A stretch of DNA of 64,000 nucleotides from NCBI GenBank assembly GCA_965644295.1, contig CBFFRP010000069.1:1-64000 (forward strand). Direction: 5' to 3'. Each line of letters opens with the position of its first letter. Position 1 is the stretch's first letter. Shown piece after piece: positions 24,037 through 36,400 of this stretch. The position numbers and the translations under genes were made by a program. The notes below the pieces were generated by a model. It worked only from the letters and a program-made list of their open reading frames with translations, searched no databases and had not been told where the DNA came from. Origin of the DNA: Paraphysomonas bandaiensis. Taxonomy: Eukaryota > Protista > Chrysophyceae.

Positions 24037-25875
24037 ATGAAGACATCACTCATTGAACCAGCTAGAGATACGGGAAAATTCGGGAACCCCCGGTGCCGGT
24101 TTACTATTTTTTATGCATTTGTTATATTTTTATTAGCCACATCTCCCCTGTGGCTCTCTGTTATAATTCCCCACCAAGTTGTTTGGTATAATACCGTTGT
24201 AATCCTTGCTTTTAGCGCTCTCTGGCTGTGTATTGGATTTAATGCACTAATTAATTACTCTAAATTGAACAGCATACCCCTTCCCCCAATTGAGGCTATT
24301 CAGGCATCTCGTTCTAGAAAATTTTTGCATGTGGTTATCGTTCCATGTTACTTGGACCCCATCGATGTGTTGTTTGATTGTATCGGATCACTTTTAATGC
24401 AATGCAACACTGAATCATTACTTGTCGTCGTCGCGTTTGAAGTGAAGACTCCTGATTTGACACCTAAAGTTGAAAGTGTTCGTACTGCTTTTGCGAAACT
24501 ATTTGGGCATTTCCTGATCACAACACACACAGTAGATAAAAGCTGCGAAATTGCGGGTGGATGCTCGAACAAAAATTATGCACTACGGGAGGCGTATAAG
24601 TATATCAGCGAGTGTGGCCTTGACAAAGATACGTCAATCACTTTGACCACATGCGACACAGACAGCCTTTTTCATCCTAATCACTTTAGTGTCCTAGAAT
24701 CTGTCTATAACGCATCAAATCCTGTCATTGGTGCACCACCACGTATGTGCGTATGGCAGCCTCCACTGTTCTACAACTGGGACTTAGATCAGCGACCTTT
24801 TTTCAACCGTGTAACCGGTCTTATGCGGTCCATGATGATGCTTGGGGGCCTCATATCTTTCAACCTGAACCCCATGTCTATCTTCTCCTACCCTATGGAA
24901 CTCGGACTTAAAAGTGGTTTTATCAATCCCAGATATGGTGTTGACGACATCATCGCCAAAGTAAGGTGGATGTGTTCTACCAACGAGCAGGTTCCGGTTC
25001 TGCTACTTCCCGTTCCAGCCATCAGTGGTCCCACTATCGGGACTTCCTTTTATTCAGAAGTACAGGAGTGGTCGCGGCAAATCAGACGTTGGATAGTTGG
25101 TAGTAGTGAATCATTTCACTATTTCGTAATACACTACCGGGGAGAACCGCTTCTGTCGGGCATATCTTGGTTTTTTATGTTTTTTATCTACTACGCTGTT
25201 TTACTATGCAGTGCTGGAATATTTACACTTCTTGCAGGCATACCTTTACCTTGGGTGCACTACCCTGTCATTAACCTGGGTATTGGAATGTCGTTTTCTT
25301 TACGCAACATCGGACTTGTAGGCTTAATTTTACAATACCTGGCCTTTGGGATTGCTTTTGTCATCGACAGCATGGCAGTTCGTATGATGACTATTAAGGA
25401 GGAGATTAGCCTTGCCAGGAACATTGCGCATTGGATCTCAGCCCCATTTGTACTACTTGTGTACTCAATTATTGCATTTTACGCCATTATGAAGTTCGTG
25501 GTAGTAGGAAAGAAAATGGCGAGGCATGACATGGCTGCGAAAGAAGGCCTCGGAGCTAATACCGTCGCGACTGTATCCGGTGCTAACTCGGAGCAACCCA
25601 ACTCTATTAAGGAACCTGAAGAGGTGGAGTATGACGATGATGTTCTACCATCATCCTATCGTTCACGGTCAAGGTCGACTTCAGTGAGTCTAGATGCGCA
25701 GATTCAGCCACCATGTGTTATCCCCAATGGAGTCAGCAAAGCTGAAATGACCCCAGCACAACCTGCGATCCCTCCTCAACCTTTGCTGTGCAAAATCCCT
25801 GCTCACTTCAGATTTGGAGAGTACGTTGTAAATGTTAAAGAAATAGTCGCCAGTAAAAGCCAGTTATCTGCTTAG
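24037..25875 (+). CDS. Intronless membrane-embedded processive family-2 glycosyltransferase (D,D,D,QxxRW type)
   Basis: Two N-terminal TMs, IVPCY..D, TTCDTD, WQPP..YN, GVDD and RQIRRW motifs, multiple C-terminal TMs. Confidence 0.85.
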   Translation: MKTSLIEPARDTGKFGNPRCRFTIFYAFVIFLLATSPLWLSVIIPHQVVWYNTVVILAFSALWLCIGFNALINYSKLNSIPLPPIEAIQASRSRKFLHVVIVPCYLDPIDVLFDCIGSLLMQCNTESLLVVVAFEVKTPDLTPKVESVRTAFAKLFGHFLITTHTVDKSCEIAGGCSNKNYALREAYKYISECGLDKDTSITLTTCDTDSLFHPNHFSVLESVYNASNPVIGAPPRMCVWQPPLFYNWDLDQRPFFNRVTGLMRSMMMLGGLISFNLNPMSIFSYPMELGLKSGFINPRYGVDDIIAKVRWMCSTNEQVPVLLLPVPAISGPTIGTSFYSEVQEWSRQIRRWIVGSSESFHYFVIHYRGEPLLSGISWFFMFFIYYAVLLCSAGIFTLLAGIPLPWVHYPVINLGIGMSFSLRNIGLVGLILQYLAFGIAFVIDSMAVRMMTIKEEISLARNIAHWISAPFVLLVYSIIAFYAIMKFVVVGKKMARHDMAAKEGLGANTVATVSGANSEQPNSIKEPEEVEYDDDVLPSSYRSRSRSTSVSLDAQIQPPCVIPNGVSKAEMTPAQPAIPPQPLLCKIPAHFRFGEYVVNVKEIVASKSQLSA

Positions 25876-26460
25876 ACTACAATTTAGTAAGCGTTGGAAG
25901 TAGAATTACGGAATGCTTTGAGTATACTGTCCTTGGAGCATATGTAATAAATTACAACGTATCATCAGACTTGGTGGCTGAAAATACATATATAGTAAAA
26001 ACATGTGAGCTTTGGTATAGATTGACGTGTAAGTGGGTATGCTGACGTTGGGTCTTGTCAATGTTTACAATGTTATAGTCAGCGTCGTTTAATTCCCATG
26101 TTGAGGTGTGCTTAGATCTGAGCAATTAGATTCTGCAGATTAAGGCAGGCTACTGAATTATGAATTACAGCCGTTAGTGATAGAATGCAGTGTCTACGGA
26201 CATTACTTTATGAGGTTAATATAGTGTTGTAATATATATAAAGCTGAAATATAGAGACTATATACTATATGATCATGAGTAGTGACCAGTATACCAGGTA
26301 CTGCTGGATTGTGGAATGTATGTGTTGACGTGTTGGCTATATGCATGGGCTGAAGTGACACTTCTAGCTACAGCAAAATAAAATAAAGGACCGACCAGCA
26401 GGGTCAAAATAAAATAAAGGACCAAGTATTTCAAAATAAAATAAGCAAGTAACCTAAGCC

Positions 26461-27950
26461 TCAACATGTCGGGTGATATTCTTCCATCTGGCGCCGCTCC
26501 TTTTCGTCTTTACGGCGCTTAGCCTGTTGCTCTTCCTCCCTCCGAGCCATGTAGGCCTCAATACGCTCGGCCGTTGACAGCACTGCACAGTGCCCCGTAG
26601 TGGTGATGGGCATGCCACCCCTCTCGTCCGCCCCTCTTCCCTCCCTTTCTGCTTCTTGATCCCCCAATTCATTCTCTAGGGTTTCGACCAAAACACTTAC
26701 CGCACCGCGGGGAATCGACGCCTTCTTGTTTCGGGCCTCCCCTGCCCTCGCTTGGGCCTGTTCACTGCCGGAGCGAGAAAGCTAGATTCGAAGAACTGAG
26801 CCAATACACTACTAATAAGCATGCAATAATCGACATCCCCAGGCTTGACCTCCTAACAGTGGCATAGAGACAATGTGGCTTCTAACAGTATTATCGCTGG
26901 GCTCCATGAAAATGACAGCTCTGGGTGCCGAAAGAATCAATGCCTTACGGTCCATGTTCTGCATCCACATCATACACACCAGAGATACTACTGTTAGAAG
27001 CCACTTTGTCTCTGTGAACCTCGGTCACTTCCTCTCCCTCCAAGGGGTAAATTTAAGGCCAAGTCAACGTCTTAGCCCAGGCTTGTTTGATGCAACCAGG
27101 TAGTGTGGGTTCAGAGGTAAACTCATTCTATGCCTGATTGATTATTTTGATGAAGTGAAAAACAATCATAGGTTCTCCGGGGTTTCTGTGCTCAGCTTTG
27201 AGCTTGACATTGGGCCCGTTATCGATGGGGGCATCATTAACAGTTTTGTTTGCACAGAGGAAATTGATATAAACCTTATGAGTAATAGCGTGACGGATAG
27301 AATTGGGGTCAAAGTGTGAGAAAAGCCCATCAGTGTAGACCCACTTAGCCCTGACCGACGCTGACATCTCCGATACAGGTATTCGAACAGTATTCCGGTC
27401 AGCATATCCCGACGGAGTGCAATCCACATGGAAAGTGGGATCGCCTCGCCATCACTACCCTGGTGAATAATGATGGGTCTTGTCTTTGTCGACCCATCCG
27501 GGCGAATACCATGCAGAAGTGTTACCCAGAAGGGCGCATGCTCACCGTGTTTTGCAGAGAATCGCCATCCCTTCGCTCCTGGTAGAGTTTAAAGGTAGGG
27601 TAGGCGTGCCCCCAAGGGTCGAAACCTATTTCGTCTCAGTTCTCGACATCCTCCAGGTCTGGCCCATATGACGGGAAGTCCTCTTTCTCTATACACTTTC
27701 TGAGGTGCTGCATGAACTCACGGGCCATAGTACTCGCCCGGGTCGGGCAGGCCGCTGCTGCCCGCTTGTTGGAATGGTCGGATTTCTTCGTCAAGAGGGC
27801 TAAACAATCATCGCCAAGGTCAAAAGTGCAGGGATTGAGAAAGTTGTCTCGAATAAAGGGTTAACTGCATTTTGCACGATCAAGGCGCATCGACTCCGGG
27901 GTATCCTCGCCTCCATTGGCAGTGGGTATAGCGCTGGCATGGGCGCGGCA
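26461..27950 (-). pseudogene. pogo/Tc5-type (DDE_1) transposase relic
   Basis: Manual translation gives N*DEIGF (NxDETG-like), WVTLLHGIRPDGSTKTRPIIIHQG, VYTDGLFSH and FLCANKTVNDAPIDNG (QPLD-like), with stops and frameshifts. TIRs not found. Confidence 0.75.
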
Positions 27951-29082
27951 ATACTTCCTGGCTAAGACTTACATCTGGGCATTGCTATACGTGCACAAAC
28001 AATTAGAAACCGTATCCTCTATGCCATCATACACTTTCATGTACATACCCATATCCACCTTTATCTTGAACGTCCATCTTCGTGAATTATATCCCGATCC
28101 ACAATAGATTGAAGCAAACCATTAGGACCAGACTGTGCTCATGTCCCTCTCCTGGGTGTGAATACAGATACCGTGCACCATGAAAACATATTTAGCGCTC
28201 TTGCCATTAATTACCCTCACAATGAGCCCGGCCCTACGATCATCAAAACTGTACACTTTGTAGCCCCGTTTGATGTATACCTCAGGGATATTATCGATTG
28301 CGCTGAGGATCGCCCTTTCTGTCGCCATACTGGGGAAGTTTCTCGTCTCATTGGGCAGATCCGGCAAAGCCTCTAACACCAAATTAACCTCTCTCTCGTG
28401 AAGTACATTCACTGGAAGCACGCCAAAGTGTCTGGTACGCTTTACCTCAACTTCAACCATCCTTTTCCCCTATGGGGGCAGTGTGACTTCGTCCATACGA
28501 CTGTGTGTATGCTTCTGAGTGATTCGGCTTGTGCACGTCCTCTCATCATACTCGATGTGTTCTACATGAAAATCAGATCAGACAACGTCATCATGAGCAG
28601 TGATTACTGTTTACTCTACCCTATACAATTATATGTCATGTAGTTCTTGTATAAGTATGTGGGGTTTGTTTATAGTAAGGTTTAAGGTGATACTCCTGAG
28701 GTGGATCAACACACCAACACCCGCCAATTCGAAAAAAAAAACTCGCCAAGATACATACATGGTACACCATATGAATTCCTGTCATTGTTGAAATGACGAC
28801 GGTGGCCACTCTGGACTGATGCTCCAAAAAGTGTATACCATACTACGAAGTAGAAATTCCTAGATACGATGCTGTGGCATACGTATGGGTGGTACTACAA
28901 ACTGACAATCATATGTGAGATGAAAATGAAGTTGAGGACATGCATCATAAGTTGCACTCGGCTACAGATAGAAAGCACACCCTGGGAATTATCTTTGCCA
29001 TTGTGATACTCCTCTAGTGATCAGTATTGAGGTGAGAGTGTTGTTAATGTATGAAGCGATCAGTGATTTTATCCGCAGAAGT

Positions 29083-31272
29083 ATGTTTATATCTACAAGA
29101 AAATTTGCAGCAGTTAGAGCTTTTGGAGGAACTTTCAGATCAAAAAGCACGAATGAGTTTGGTCGACATTTGTTCAAAGGTGCTGTCGCGGCGCCATACT
29201 TAGAGTGGCGTGGATTATCAAGGAACACTCTTGATACCGTCGATTGGACCCGAGACCCTGTTATGACCGACAAGGTCTGCTCTAGGATTGCTTTTATGTA
29301 TTATTCATGTGTCTTATACAGGTTGCTGGGGCGGTTCTCGATTGGGCAAGAGATAATGGTGCTTCTGTGTACTGCCATTGGTTCCAGCCTCTTGGTGCCG
29401 CGGGTGTTCGGCATGGCCAAAGCGCTCAAGTCCAGAACCGTATGTTTGAGTTTGACAAAGACGGGAACCAAATCTGGGAATTCAAGGGCAAGAATTTACT
29501 GCAAGGGGAAACTGATGGGTCATCTTATCCCACTGGAGGTCTTCGCAAGACCCACACAGCTGGTGGCTATCTTGGCATTGATCCCACATCACCGATATTT
29601 CTTCGTGACGATACAGTGTTCATTCCGTCTTTCCTAGTGTCTTATCACGGGTACGCGTTGGATGAGAAAACTCCCCTCCTTCGCTCTGTAGACGCCATAT
29701 CTGTTCATGGATCTAGACTCTTGAAGAAGCTCGGCTATGATGTGAAAGGGCTTACGTGTAATATCGGGTTAGAACAGGAGTTCTTTCTTGTCCCACGCGA
29801 CCCTTATAACACTCGCATGGATCTTCAGCTCACTGGCAGAACAGGTACTTCTCATTGTGCTTTATATCACTGTACGCTTCACTCATTTATTTTTTATATC
29901 AGTGATGGGTGCTGACGCACCTCGAGGGCAGGAAATGTGTGATCATTACATGTCACCCCCTTCAGTATCTGGTGCCCCGTACTCGTGTATGAAGGAGATC
30001 CAGGAACAATGTTTTAAAATGGGAATCCCCCTTAAGACCAGACACAGAGAAGTTGCACCAGGGCAGTATGAATTTGCACCTCTTTTCGGTTTTGTGACCA
30101 CCCAAATCGACCAGAATCTTATGGTCATGCAGATAATGGATGAGGTCGCACCCAAGCATGGGCTGACCTGTCTGGTAGCGGAGAAGCCATTCAATAATGT
30201 CAACGGGTCGGGTAAGCACAACAATTGGTCTATAAGTACGACAGATGGAGTGAACCTCTTCAATGTAAACCAACTGGCGGCCAAATCAGGTAGCCGAGAG
30301 ATCTTCCCCGTCATCATGGCGTCGGTGATAAAGGCTGTAGATGAGTACGGCGATCTCATGCGCATGTCTATTGCTACGCCAGGGAATGACTTTAGGCTGG
30401 GTGCATGCGAAGCTCCTCCTGCTATCATGTCTGTCTATCTTGGAGACAGCATGACTCACTACATGGAGTCATATATGCATGGTAGCATTGAGCCCTACGA
30501 TCCATCGACCAAAGTGTTAAACATGGGTCATACGTTGCCTAGTATCGTGATACCCAATGAAGACAGAAACCGCACATCACCTTTCCCCTATGGTGGACAT
30601 AGGTTTGAATTCAGAGCTGTCGGATCTGCGCAGAATACCTCCCTTGTGAACACAGTCCTTAACACGATAGTGGCAAATTCTTTTAAAGAGTTTGCTGACA
30701 AAATTGAGGCAGGTGCCTCTCCGAGAGAAGTAACCCAGGATGCGCTCAAAAAGCACTGGCGAGTTGTGTTCAATGGCGATGGGTATGATCCCGCCTGCCA
30801 GGAGGAGCTAACGAAACGTGGTCTCTGGCGTATCGACTCATGTGTGGACGCAATCAATACCTACGTGAGTCCAAAGAACACCGCTCTTTTCGAGGCCATG
30901 GGGGTGTTTGCCCCTGATGAGTGTGCTGCACGTCGCAACGTTCAGCTCCAGCATTATGTAGGCACGGTGGAGATGGAGCTGAAGTGTATGTTGGACATGA
31001 TTAACCAACATGTACTTCCATCAATGCGTGATGCTAACGTGGGGTATGTGACTGAGCTTGAAGAAGCTGTCGCAACACTTCGTCGTGTTTGGGATGATGT
31101 CCACCATACAGAGGATCTCGGTGAGAAGGCGGCCAAGGCACGATCCCTCAGGCTGGAGACCATGGTGGAGGCCAGATGTATTTGTGACAGTGCTGAGAAA
31201 GTTTGTCCTGCTCATTTGTGGTCCATTGCTACCTACAAAGACTTGCTATTCATTGACCAAACTCTTTCCTAA
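29083..31272 (+). CDS. glnN: Glutamine synthetase type III with a mitochondrial-type presequence (3 exons: 29083-29274, 29322-29844, 29903-31272)
   Basis: HWFQPL, GETDGSSYPTGGLRKTHTAGGY, GLEQEFF, HREVAPGQYE, NGSGKHNNWS, DRNRTSPF and FEFRAVGS motifs. R/S/F-rich N-terminus. Confidence 0.95.
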
Positions 31273-31672
31273 GCAGCCTGTGTTTATATTTTAAAAATTG
31301 ACAAATACGTGTCAATGGAACTACTGGGAGTTTGTGCTGATATATGTTGTGTTACAGTTCCTTCGTAGTGTGAAGGTTTTGATAAATCAATGCAATATTA
31401 GTTGTTATCTGAAATTTGCTATCTGAAATAGTGATTATTCCATATTCCATATAACGTAAGTGTCAGCAGAACTTCATGTAGTCAACCTGCCACTGACCAG
31501 TGCAGGGTACTGCAAGTGCAAACGGAATAGAGGAGCGTCAACAGTTTTAAGTGTTGAACTATATTACTTAAACAATATGGCTACGTCTGCCATTCAATTC
31601 TGGCCAAGTGAGAAATATGCTGGCGTAAAGCTTAACATCCTGTGAAACTCTATAATTTTCTATCACCAAGGT

Positions 31673-32632
31673 GCCCTCAACAAATTCGGACTCGCACCTT
31701 TTCGTAGTGTTCTGGGGGATAAGTGCCGGAGATATTTCTTCGGTAAACCATATATAGTCAGTAGATATTAGATATTGTTCTGTCCAGTCATGTCCAGTCA
31801 TAGCCAAATGCTATTGTGGTACAATGAACACTATATTGAAAGTCTTATTACTAGCAATAGGGGTTAAAAACCTGCACCAACTTAGTAGTTAGACCTCTAC
31901 CTGTAACTAATCAGTACACACTTTTTTTATCCTACTATTTAACGCTACGGAAGCTGCTTATGCGTCGTCGCAAGCACCAAGGTGCGACCACTTCCGCTCT
32001 GAGTTCTTAAGGTGAACATCCCGGATGCTTGACTTCAGCAGGCAGCCCAATACCCCGGTTACCCTTCAGGTGGGCCTGTCCCGGATGCCCTTGAGGTGGA
32101 CCCATTCCCGGATGCCTGTTTATTCGTCAGGGCCCAAAGACGTCTCCACAAGTGACACTTATTGGTGTCCCTTGTATCACACAAGCATTTGGCTATGAGT
32201 GGGCAGAAAAATATCTGCTGACTATGATTGCGGCTCACGTTAGTTTCCCAGAGATAATCTCTCCGGTACTTATCTCCCAGAACACCACGAAAAGGTGCGA
32301 GTCCGACTTTGTTGAGGGCAATGGACACTAATTACTGCCACTTGTGTAGATGATACTTGGCCTTGACGAATAAACAGGCGTCCGGGAGTGGCCCCACCTC
32401 ATGGGCATCCGGGGTATTGGTTGCACGCTGAAGTCAAGCATCCCGGCTGTTCACCTTAAGGCTGAGAGCGAAAATGGTTGTATCGTGGTGGCTTGCGGTG
32501 ACGCACAAGCAACTTTCGTAGCGCTAAATATTGTAGGATATCAGAGTTAAGCACTAGATAGTTAAATTGCAGGAGTGCTACATTAGTTCTGATTCTTAAA
32601 AGCCAATTGCTAATAATAAGACATTCACTACT
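31673..32632. mobile_element. Cluster of SINE-like family copies in both orientations
   Basis: Head on + at ~31673-31835, head plus body on - at ~31930-32318, body plus tail on + at ~32319-32632. Confidence 0.85.
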
Positions 32633-33432
32633 ATCACCAAGATGCACACACCATATATGTCATAGCAACAATAGTACTTTAATCATCTTTATTATCTGAG
32701 TGAAGGATCAAACTTGAGACGACAGTTATATATCATGCTATGGGGATTGTATACTCTTAAAAATAAAGGAATAAGCACTTTTATCATTAGGTATTTCGAA
32801 TATCATTGTCCCATAGTAAAGAGGCAGTAAAAAGTCCGATATCGTTCGTAAAGATTCTTCAGTGTCCACTATTTCGACAATCACTGAGGCGTAGAAAGGA
32901 ACGTGTCTTCCATCGCAATGCATCACAATCCTTTCACCCCCCAGACGAGGAATTCCGAATTCTTGTTGGATTCCCCTTCCACATCAACAGCCAAGTATGT
33001 TTACCAATCAACAGCGCTTAATTCCAATTTATAGGACATATAATTTACGCATAATCCATTTTATCCAATAGACATTAGCTAAATTAGTATAATTGGATGT
33101 GATTTTTTTGTGGGAAGGAATGACGATAGAGTGCTCTCTCGTGTGTAGTATGTATCATACATATGATAGGTCGATACCTACATCCATATTTCTTACAATT
33201 CTGCCTTCATGTACATATATGACCCTTCCATTCACACCTTTTACTTTATTATACTGAATCTCCCTCCCACCCGTGCGATACGTACTAGCTGGAAAAAGGA
33301 AGACAATCAGGTGCCTGATTCTTTCTGTGCGTAAAATAAGTACATACAATCCAAACTGGATGGAAATTGTTGTTCATTTTCAGTCTGTTGTCACTTGTTG
33401 ATTCTATTTATACTTAAGTTTGTTTAAGTAGA

Positions 33433-36400
33433 ATGCAAGCTGCACTCTATTCTGGAGGAGCATATAACACACATGTCGAGCTGGAAGAGGACAACAGGAG
33501 TGCACCTAGGGATAGGAAAAATAGTAGTTTTATAACTCACACTTTCAATGACGGCAAAGTCGTGGTTAGATCTGATGGTGGAGAGTCTAATGCGAGTAAA
33601 ATTCCTGCTCGGCAAGTCAGAAAGTACTTTGGTACTGCCGCACGAGATCGATTCTTCAAGCATTCGAACTGGCTCAGTAAACAGAGGGAAATCTCGTACA
33701 TATCGCCAAATGGTAACCTTAGTCCAAGCAAAATACGAATGATGAGTTCTCCTGAATCGTGTGAAAGTCGTGGATGCAGTCGGCCGAGTACGAATTCATC
33801 ATACCATCACAGTCGTAGCCGACAGGGCTGCACTGCTTCATTGAACAAATCTACTCCTGTATATGGAAAAAGTAGAGTATCGTCTTCATCATCTAGCACT
33901 TCAAGGGCAGCTTCTCGCCCTAGCATTTCGTATACTACGATCTCTCGTCCTGGAACTACTGGAATGGCGCTAGGTTCAGGTGGAAAGAGGTATCCTCGAT
34001 TAGTCTTCGACAACACACTACACGATGACAATGCTGATGTGTTTGTTAACTACAATCTATTTAATTCCACCGACACCAGTACTATCTCAGCGGTGTCTTC
34101 TATTACTGCAACTGGAGAACTTGAGGAATTTACAGTAGGAGACACCTTGGACGCAGATGACGGTCAGGAGGACTCACTGTGTAGTGTGCAAAGTGGCGTT
34201 ATAGTGTCTTGGCACGATGACGCTTTTCCGCCTGATGAATGTGGTCCGGAGCTCATCGACCCCACACATGATGATGCAGGTGCTAGCGAGGTACACAAAA
34301 AGTATGTTAATAGCTTCAGGGCCCGCACACCGGATTTACGAGTTTTGCCAGATATAAATACTGGTATGAATAGCGCGACGTCTCCACGTAGCAAGTATAT
34401 CTTGAACGCATTGGATGACAATATGAATCCCAGGTCCCTTCTCGTCGTTCGAAAGAGGGTTACAAAGGATGTGGAGCTAGCACATTACGGTATGGGTGAT
34501 GCGAGAGCCAGACAACTGGCTGACTCTTTGGTGTCGCTGCCTTTTACAGACTCCATCGACCTCAGCGATAACAGTCTCACAGATGTAGGCCTCGCTCCTA
34601 TTTTACTATCAGCGGCTCAGATGCCACATTTGCGTATACTAGATCTGTCGGAGAATGTAATGGGACCTGAAGCGGCGGACGCAATGGCAGCATTGCTCTT
34701 GAAACGCCCTCCTACACTGCAGCGATTAATCTTGAGAAAGGCAGATGTGGACGACTTCGAGGGCGAAAGATTTGTAAATGCCCTTGTAGGACACAGTGCA
34801 ATCACAGAGTTAGATCTATCGAACAATAAGATTGGTCATGCTGAGGTTTTGAACACCGTAATGCCTAATCTAATTACGGCAACAGAAGCCCTTGCAAGTC
34901 TTTTGAGGCAATCATCGTGCAATCTTGAGACTCTAAAGGTGTCTTGGAACATGATTAGGCTCGACAGCGCTGTGGACTTGGCATCATCTCTTCAACACAA
35001 TAAGAGACTGACCTTTCTGGATGTTTCATTCAATGCACTTGGTAGAGAAGGAGGACAAGCTCTTGGAACATCCCTATTAGACAATGCCACTCTACGAACT
35101 CTTCTTATAAATAACAACAATATTGATGCATTTGGATGCTTCGTGATATGTGCGGGTATAGAACAAAGTTTAGGTCTACGCAAGGTGTGTATGGATGAAA
35201 ACCCCATTGGAGAGCACGGCGCAAAGGCTCTTATGAATGTTCCAGTGGTAGTCGGTCCATCGTTGGAGCTCACTGCTGCTAGATGTAATACACATATTCG
35301 TGATGACTCATTTTGGTTCGACCAGGAAGACATCTGCAAAGCTTACAGTCTTGATATGAGTGACCCATTCCAAAGAGCAGTTGCGTTTAAGCTGCTCTAC
35401 ATTGTTGCCAATCATTCCACATGTATGTTTGCCCATGTGCATTATCAGCCGAAAGGAACCACACGGTTAGACAGAGTTGACCTTATTCAGGTGTGAAATC
35501 TTATTCCTACGATAATTTAGTCCCGTTATTACTTTCTTTTTCTGTAGCGGTTACTATGTGATAGAGAGGACTATCTTGATAACACACAGAGGGAGGTATA
35601 GCGTGATGTTATTGGTTTTCAAGTCTGATATACTTTACTTTGTGATAGTTACTGCGCGAGCTACAACATATCCGAGATTGTACAGCGAGACCAGAAGGAG
35701 TTGAGGATATATACTACGCTCGAATGCACAAGAACTCGGAAGATATTAACAGAAAAGGTGAGGCGTGTGGTTGATTTCGTAGGCAACTTATATAAGTACG
35801 TAGAGTTTGCCACGCTTTTGCACCATATTGGGCTCACCGTTTCCCGGAGCACTATAGAGGTAAACTGTTGTTTTGAACTCCTTTCCCTCTTTTATTCTTA
35901 TATGTAGGATGCTTTTTCCATATACGATATCGATGGAAGTGATACCATTGAGCTGCATGAATTATTGGGGTATATTCATCTCAAACACAAAGAGGCGAAG
36001 GCTAAGATTCGTGACTTGATCGAATCTCAAGGTCAGGCTACGTGTACTATTCTCTATCCTAAGAATGAATGGAGTTGCGTAGTTATGGTTTTAGCTTCCA
36101 AGCAAAATGAACGTTGGTGTCCTCCGCGATCTGGTCATTTGCATATGGAGGTATATTGCAATCGACCGTTGGTTAACCCTCGTATCTATTTGTTTGTGTT
36201 TAAGCCTCACGTTTCGAATTTCAGGTGTATGATAGTTATAAGGTGAAGCGAAACTACAATGTTTTGACGGCCATGAGTAGAGGTGCATCGTCCAATCTTG
36301 CAGAAAAAATGGGGGTATGCAGTGGTGTTACTTACTGTTCACCATAAGTTCGATTATACTATTCAGGATATTGCGACGTTAATGTCATACGCTTTTCAGA

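Noticed and set aside
28122-28460. 112-aa minus ORF upstream of the pogo relic as an independent gene
   Set aside because: No recognisable domain. It may be a decayed N-terminal part of the transposon; support is insufficient.
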